DNA of 64,000 bases. Source: an uncultured Lachnospiraceae bacterium. GTDB lineage: Bacteria; Bacillota; Clostridia; Lachnospirales; Lachnospiraceae. How positions within the stretch are numbered: position 1 is the stretch's first letter; every line of letters starts with the position of its first letter. Positions 58,984 through 64,000 of the stretch are shown here, piece by piece. The translations under genes and the position numbers were made by a program. The stretch lies in NCBI GenBank assembly GCA_947165275.1, contig CAMUZQ010000005.1, positions 15,110-79,109 on the forward strand, written 5' to 3'. The notes beneath the pieces are model-generated. The model had not been told where the DNA came from, made no database searches, and saw only the letters and a list, made by a program, of their open reading frames with translations.

Positions 58984-60261
58984 CTACGCTCTGTATACTA
59001 TATTTCCCTCTGAAATAGTATATCTGACCCGGCCCTTAAGCCCGACTCCGATGAAGGGGGAGTTTGCGGATCTGGAATGCAGATCCTCCGCCCTTGCCGT
59101 CCATTTCTCATCCGGATCGAATATCACGATATCCGCAGGACTGCCTGCACTCATATTCCCCGCCCTGAGCCCGTAAAGCTTCGCAGGATTCACACTCATT
59201 TTCCGGATAAGCTGATAAAGGCTCAGATATCCCGGCTCAACCAGATTTGTGACTGCCAGAGCAAGCGCTGTCTCCAATCCCACCATTCCAGAGGGAGCGT
59301 TTACAAATTCACGCATCTTTTCCTCTGCTGTATGCGGGGCATGGTCTGTGGCTATCAGGTCAAGCGTCCCGTCTGCAAGCCCCTCTATGACTGCCTGCCT
59401 GTCAGCTTCCGTCCGAAGCGGCGGATTGACCTTTGCGAGACTGCCTTTTTCCATCACGGTATCTTCTGTCAGGGAAAAGTGATGAGGTGTCGCTTCTGCA
59501 TGAATAAGGCCCCTGCTGTCCTGCTGTCTGAACCTTCTTATGATCTCAACACTTTCCTTCGCAGATACATGCTGTATGTCTGCTTTGGCTCCAGTCTCAA
59601 GCGCAAGCCTCAGATCTCTTTCTATCATCGTATATTCAGCCCTGCGGTCGGCGCCCTTCAGTCCCATCGCTTCGGCCACGGTTCCGCTGTTTATCCCTGC
59701 CTGATATACATATGCAGGATCCTCTTCATGAAAACTCAATACGGCATCAAGTCGTGCCGCCTCTTTCATTGCACGGATCACAAGCTCCCTGTCCATTACC
59801 GGTGTTCCGTCGTCTGTGAAGCCTGCAGCTCCCGACAGGAGCAGCTCCTCCATGGGCACAAGCTCCCTGCCGGCTCTGCCCACAGTCACTGCGGCAGCCT
59901 GATATATATGTATTTTTTCCTTCTTTGCACGGGACAGTATTTCCTTAAGAATCTCTGCATTATCCACTGCAGGGATGGTATTTGCCATACAGACAACAGA
60001 TGTATATCCGCCGGCAGCCGCAGCCTCAGCTCCGGTGTGCAGAGTCTCCTTTGCCGTCTGCCCGGGATCCCTGAAGTGGGCATGCACATCTGTAAACCCC
60101 GGCGCCGCGATCCACCCTCCGGCTTTGATCTCCTCTTCTCCTTCTTTTTTTGCAAGATCTCTGCCTGTTTCAGCGATCAGCCCGTTCTCCGTGCGGATGT
60201 CCAGAAGCTCTTCATTTATATTATTTTCGGGATCGATCACCCTTGCGCCGCGTATTATCAT
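58984..60261 (-). CDS. pyrC: Dihydroorotase
   Basis: DVHAHFRDPG, MANTIP, KVNPPLR and ATDHAPH. Confidence 0.95.
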   Translation of the reverse strand: MIIRGARVIDPENNINEELLDIRTENGLIAETGRDLAKKEGEEEIKAGGWIAAPGFTDVHAHFRDPGQTAKETLHTGAEAAAAGGYTSVVCMANTIPAVDNAEILKEILSRAKKEKIHIYQAAAVTVGRAGRELVPMEELLLSGAAGFTDDGTPVMDRELVIRAMKEAARLDAVLSFHEEDPAYVYQAGINSGTVAEAMGLKGADRRAEYTMIERDLRLALETGAKADIQHVSAKESVEIIRRFRQQDSRGLIHAEATPHHFSLTEDTVMEKGSLAKVNPPLRTEADRQAVIEGLADGTLDLIATDHAPHTAEEKMREFVNAPSGMVGLETALALAVTNLVEPGYLSLYQLIRKMSVNPAKLYGLRAGNMSAGSPADIVIFDPDEKWTARAEDLHSRSANSPFIGVGLKGRVRYTISEGNIVYRA

Positions 60262-60986
60262 TTCTGTTCCAGCATTTCCCTTATTTTATCCTGACACAAC
60301 TCCCCGATATGCTTAAGCTGCTCCTTATCGAGATCCTTCGGGTCTATCGGAGCACCATAGATTATCGTAACCTTTCCCGGTTTTATACGTGGAAACTGCC
60401 TTTCAAGGATCTTTCTGCTGCCGCTTATCGCTACAGGTATGATCTTTATTCCGGCCTTGGTTGCCACCTTGAAGGATCCCTCCTTGAAGGGAAGCATATC
60501 CAGTTCGGAATCACCCTTTGTTCTCGTTCCCTCAGGGAATATAAATATCGAAATGCCGTTTTTGGCCTCTTCTATACATTCCAGTATGACCTTAAGGCTC
60601 TGCTTCATATCATCCCTGTCCATGAAACGGCAATGCATCCTGACCATCCACCAGGAGAGTATCGGCACCTTTTTTATTTCTTTTTTTGCGACTATTCCTG
60701 TAGGACGGAACATTCTTGCGTAGATCAGTATGACGTCAAATATCGATCTGTGATTTGATGCATACAGCACTGCCTCATCCCGGGGCACATTTTCAGATCC
60801 CCTTGTCGTTACTTTTACACCGGCAAGAAATTCCACAACAGAAAACGCCCAGGATATGATAGCCTGTGAATATCTGTCCGCCGCCGGTTTGTTGAACCTC
60901 TCTATCAGATAGCTTACCGGTATAAGGATAAGCGAGAAGATAAGGAATATTATCACAAAGAGCAGGACAATAGTAATTCTTATCAT
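60258..60986 (-). CDS. plsC: 1-acyl-sn-glycerol-3-phosphate acyltransferase
   Basis: NHRSIFD, FPEGTR and IIPVAI. Confidence 0.88.
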   Translation of the reverse strand: MIRITIVLLFVIIFLIFSLILIPVSYLIERFNKPAADRYSQAIISWAFSVVEFLAGVKVTTRGSENVPRDEAVLYASNHRSIFDVILIYARMFRPTGIVAKKEIKKVPILSWWMVRMHCRFMDRDDMKQSLKVILECIEEAKNGISIFIFPEGTRTKGDSELDMLPFKEGSFKVATKAGIKIIPVAISGSRKILERQFPRIKPGKVTIIYGAPIDPKDLDKEQLKHIGELCQDKIREMLEQK

Positions 60987-62182
60987 GATTTTGTTCCCTT
61001 GCTTCCTTTCATTCCCTTAAGACTTGACTGGCTCAGGATATTGGTCTCAAAGCTGAAGGTCACCCTGTCCTCATCTCTCCTGCGCTTGATCGCCAGATCT
61101 ATGAGTCTGTCCAGGAGCTTGCTGTAGGGCAGCCCTGCAGGCTCCCACAGATAAAATGAAAGCGAGCCGGGGATGGTATTTATCTCATTCAGATACAGGC
61201 TTCCGTCAGATCTGTCTATCATGAAATCAAACCGTACGACGCCATTACAGCCAAGGCTCTGAAAAGCCCTTACCGCAAGAGACTGTATCCTTTTCGTCAT
61301 CTCATCCGATATCGGTGCCGGGATCGTTCTCTGAACAGAAGCCATGCCCTTTGATCCTCCGCCGGTTTTTGAGGATTTGCCTCCCGACATGTATTTGTCC
61401 TCATATGAAAGGATCTCATCGGTATGATGGGGCTCTTCACACAGGGATGCCTCCGCCTCGTCCAGATCACCGACGACCGAACAGTTTATCTCCTGAAGCT
61501 CCGTTATAGCATGCTCCACCAGTATGACATTGGCAAAGGTATATGCATTGTCGAGGGATCTGATCAGGCCCTCCTTATCATGCGCCACCGATATGCCTAC
61601 CGATGATCCGGAATTGACCGGCTTTACTATGACCGGATAGCCCAGCCTGTCCTCGATGTCCTTTATCAGCGACTCGATGTCCTTGTAATCCTTTGTGGTA
61701 TATCTGCGGCAAGGAAGCACCGGGATGTCATTATCCATGAAGACTGTTTTCTGTATATATTTGTCCATCCCTACCGCTGCTGCCGTCACATCGCACCCGG
61801 CAAAGGGAATGCCCCAGGTCTTAAGGTATCCCATCAAGGCTCCGTCCTCCGCATTGGTACCGTGTACCACAGGCAGCATGACATCAAGCTCGACAGGCTT
61901 CATCCCGAATGCCTTGTGAGGATAGGGCACCAGCAGGAAGCGACCCTTTTCCTTTACCGGAACGACCCGCTGCGCACCCCTGAGCAATGCAGGTATATCC
62001 TTATATGCTTCGATATTTCCTGTATTGCCTCCTGTATACAGATCGTTATCCTTTGTCAGATACACCGGAACAGGCTCGTACTTTGAGATATCAAGATTCT
62101 GTACAGCCTGCAGAGCTGATATGACGGATACCTCATGCTCAACCGAACGTCCTCCGAATATGACACCGACTCTTATCTTCAT
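60983..62182 (-). CDS. ddl: D-alanine--D-alanine ligase family (ATP-grasp)
   Basis: FGGRSVEHEVS, HG..EDG, KPVNSGSSVG, SYEDKY and NEINTIPG. Confidence 0.85.
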   Translation of the reverse strand: MKIRVGVIFGGRSVEHEVSVISALQAVQNLDISKYEPVPVYLTKDNDLYTGGNTGNIEAYKDIPALLRGAQRVVPVKEKGRFLLVPYPHKAFGMKPVELDVMLPVVHGTNAEDGALMGYLKTWGIPFAGCDVTAAAVGMDKYIQKTVFMDNDIPVLPCRRYTTKDYKDIESLIKDIEDRLGYPVIVKPVNSGSSVGISVAHDKEGLIRSLDNAYTFANVILVEHAITELQEINCSVVGDLDEAEASLCEEPHHTDEILSYEDKYMSGGKSSKTGGGSKGMASVQRTIPAPISDEMTKRIQSLAVRAFQSLGCNGVVRFDFMIDRSDGSLYLNEINTIPGSLSFYLWEPAGLPYSKLLDRLIDLAIKRRRDEDRVTFSFETNILSQSSLKGMKGSKGTKS

Positions 62183-62219
62183 TTTTTCTCCTCTCTGATA
62201 ACCTGGTCTTCAGGATACT

Positions 62220-63689
62220 TTATTGCAGATTGTCCGTAAGATCATTTTCTATAAGGACGACCTTATGGGCTTCTCCCGGTATCCTGTTGATATACTGCAT
62301 TCCCTCCGTGAAGGAGGTTGCCACGTATATCTTTTCCTCCGGCATGCCGGCCTTTGTCAGTCCGCCCTTAATAGCCCCGGTATTGGCATTATCCACTATG
62401 ACGGCATGATCCGCAGCAGCAGCGATCTGCTCTCCGAAAATACCGTTCAGCTTCTCCTGCTCCGGGCCAAGCTCAACCATTCCGGGAGTGATGACTATCT
62501 TCATATCATCAGTGAACATGGCGAGTGTTTCAAGGGCCGCCCGGGCTCCTGCAGGATTGGAATTATAAGCATCATCTATAAGGGTAAGAGCCCCCTGCTC
62601 GATAAGGTTAAGCCTGTGTTCAACAGGGGCCAGTCTTCTGACAGGGATGACAAGCTCCTTCAGCTCTATGCCGAGCTCATGGCTTACAGCTATGGCTCCT
62701 GTCACATTTACAACATTATGCGAGCCTATAAGCTGCATGGTAAATCTCTGTGAATTTCCGTCAGGCGCCGTTACAGTGAATTCCGTACCTGCCCGGGAGG
62801 TTATGATATCAGTGGCATTGTAACCGCCCTTTCCCGATATAGAATATGTGACAGCTCCCGTATATTTATTGTAGGAGGAAATATATTCATTATCGTAATT
62901 TAAGAAAATACAGCGGTCATCTCCGGTTTTCTTATGCACCGCATCGGGCAGCTCAAACTTTGTTCCCTGTATATTTTCGATGCTTTTGAAGCTTTCCAGA
63001 TGCTGGGGACCGACAGATGTCACTATGCCGTAATCCGGATGTACGAGATCGCACAGCTCTTTGATGTCACCGACATTTCTCGCTCCCATTTCACATATGA
63101 ATATCTGATGAGTAGGTCTCAGCTGTTCATTTATCGTCTTTACGACACCCATGGGGGTATTGTATGACTCAGGGGTCGCGAGGACCTCATATTTCGATGA
63201 AAGCAGCTCCTTAAGATAAAACTTTACCGAAGTCTTGCCGTATGAACCCGTGACGCCTATCACCTTTATATCCGGCATGTCGGAAAGCAGGGCCATGGCC
63301 TTCTTCTTAAACCCGTTCGCTATGGAGGTTTCGACAGGCTTGTTGATGATATTGGAAATGACCGGAGCAAACGGGACAATGAAAACCGTATAGATCACAG
63401 CCATGACCAGCATAGTGTATCCATTCCCGAAAACCCTGTTAAGCTGGCATAAGACGAAAAAGCAGAGGACCGTGGTCACTAAAAGCCGTATCACCCTCGG
63501 CGTATACACAAGAGGCTTTTTTGCCGGCTCACGGCTCAGGCTTCGTGTAAAATGCTTTAGATAATTATGCTTTATCCAGTTCAGATGAACTTTATTTTTA
63601 TACCCGTTCTGCTGGAACATATGCACAGCGTAGATCAGAATCTGTGCAGCGTAGATTATTATTATCAGTGAAATTATCAGACAGATCAT
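62220..63689 (-). CDS. MurF-like Mur ligase with N-terminal TM helices
   Basis: GVTGSYGKTS, SYNTPMG, EMGAR, QHLE, DDAYNSNP and TPGMVELG; three hydrophobic N-terminal segments. Confidence 0.8.
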   Translation of the reverse strand: MICLIISLIIIIYAAQILIYAVHMFQQNGYKNKVHLNWIKHNYLKHFTRSLSREPAKKPLVYTPRVIRLLVTTVLCFFVLCQLNRVFGNGYTMLVMAVIYTVFIVPFAPVISNIINKPVETSIANGFKKKAMALLSDMPDIKVIGVTGSYGKTSVKFYLKELLSSKYEVLATPESYNTPMGVVKTINEQLRPTHQIFICEMGARNVGDIKELCDLVHPDYGIVTSVGPQHLESFKSIENIQGTKFELPDAVHKKTGDDRCIFLNYDNEYISSYNKYTGAVTYSISGKGGYNATDIITSRAGTEFTVTAPDGNSQRFTMQLIGSHNVVNVTGAIAVSHELGIELKELVIPVRRLAPVEHRLNLIEQGALTLIDDAYNSNPAGARAALETLAMFTDDMKIVITPGMVELGPEQEKLNGIFGEQIAAAADHAVIVDNANTGAIKGGLTKAGMPEEKIYVATSFTEGMQYINRIPGEAHKVVLIENDLTDNLQ

Positions 63690-64000
63690 GCTTTCCTCTT
63701 TATTATCATATGTATTTCAGACGCCTCCTCATGCTGATCGACGATCTTCTGCATGTCGTCAAGCATGGGAAGGAATTTCTTCCCGAAAACCTCCCGGAGA
63801 TTTGAGTTGCCATTCTGATCAAGACTGACGCAGATCATACGGTACAGATCCATCATATCCGATCCGAATTTCCATGTGGCATATTCCTCAAAGCCTGTAT
63901 GCTCAGCCATATAAGCTATGGAACTGTCGGTAAAAAGATGCGTATGCGTCCCGCCCGCGTGGCGGTTGTAGCATTTCTGATGAGCCGCCTCGAAGATGCA
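63686..64000 (-). CDS. C-terminal part of a gene starting beyond the window, probable SAM-dependent methyltransferase
   Basis: Frame of the 63686..63910 ORF is open to the edge: CIFEAAHQKCYNRHAGGTHTHLFTDSSIAYMAEHTGF; H.LFT..S...L....GF pattern typical of class I methyltransferase C-termini. Confidence 0.55.
   Translation of the reverse strand, partial: CIFEAAHQKCYNRHAGGTHTHLFTDSSIAYMAEHTGFEEYATWKFGSDMMDLYRMICVSLDQNGNSNLREVFGKKFLPMLDDMQKIVDQHEEASEIHMIIKRKA

Noticed and set aside
59077-60294. 405-aa plus-strand ORF
   Set aside because: Antisense shadow of pyrC; no recognisable motifs or RBS
63686-63910. 74-aa ORF as a stand-alone small protein
   Set aside because: The frame is open to the window edge; it is the tail of a longer gene

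Overview
Chromosomal window from a Clostridia-class Firmicute, probably Lachnospiraceae-like (inferred from gene content and gene order). It is mostly housekeeping: start of the S10 ribosomal operon, split transketolase, araD/galM, recR-ebfC-dnaX-pfkA, F1Fo ATP synthase, argS/queH, tRNA-Cys, SRP RNA, mtaD-ahcY, pgi, murG, tilS-hpt-ftsH, and pyr/fol and ddl/mur genes. Two regions are accessory. (i) About 10.6-17.1 kb: a bifunctional fucokinase/GDP-fucose pyrophosphorylase (Fkp-like); a DUF4869-like plus short P-loop ATPase pair that resembles a split or minimal ABC ATPase and may be truncated; a 164-bp palindromic MITE-like element; an acidic lipoprotein; and an AAC(3)-family acetyltransferase. 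(ii) About 36.9-49.0 kb: a GGDEF protein, a secreted 29-aa-repeat protein, and a Tad/Flp pilus locus with unusual accessory parts (two prepilin peptidases, a pseudopilin with tandem Cys/His zinc-ribbon motifs, a kinase-like/FHA membrane protein), followed by a candidate C-rich small RNA. Other notable points are an ATP synthase delta-alpha fusion and an HxExK-type homocysteine hydrolase paired with an SAH deaminase. No CRISPR array, transposase, integrase or rRNA was seen. All family names come from motif recognition and memory, not from database searches.
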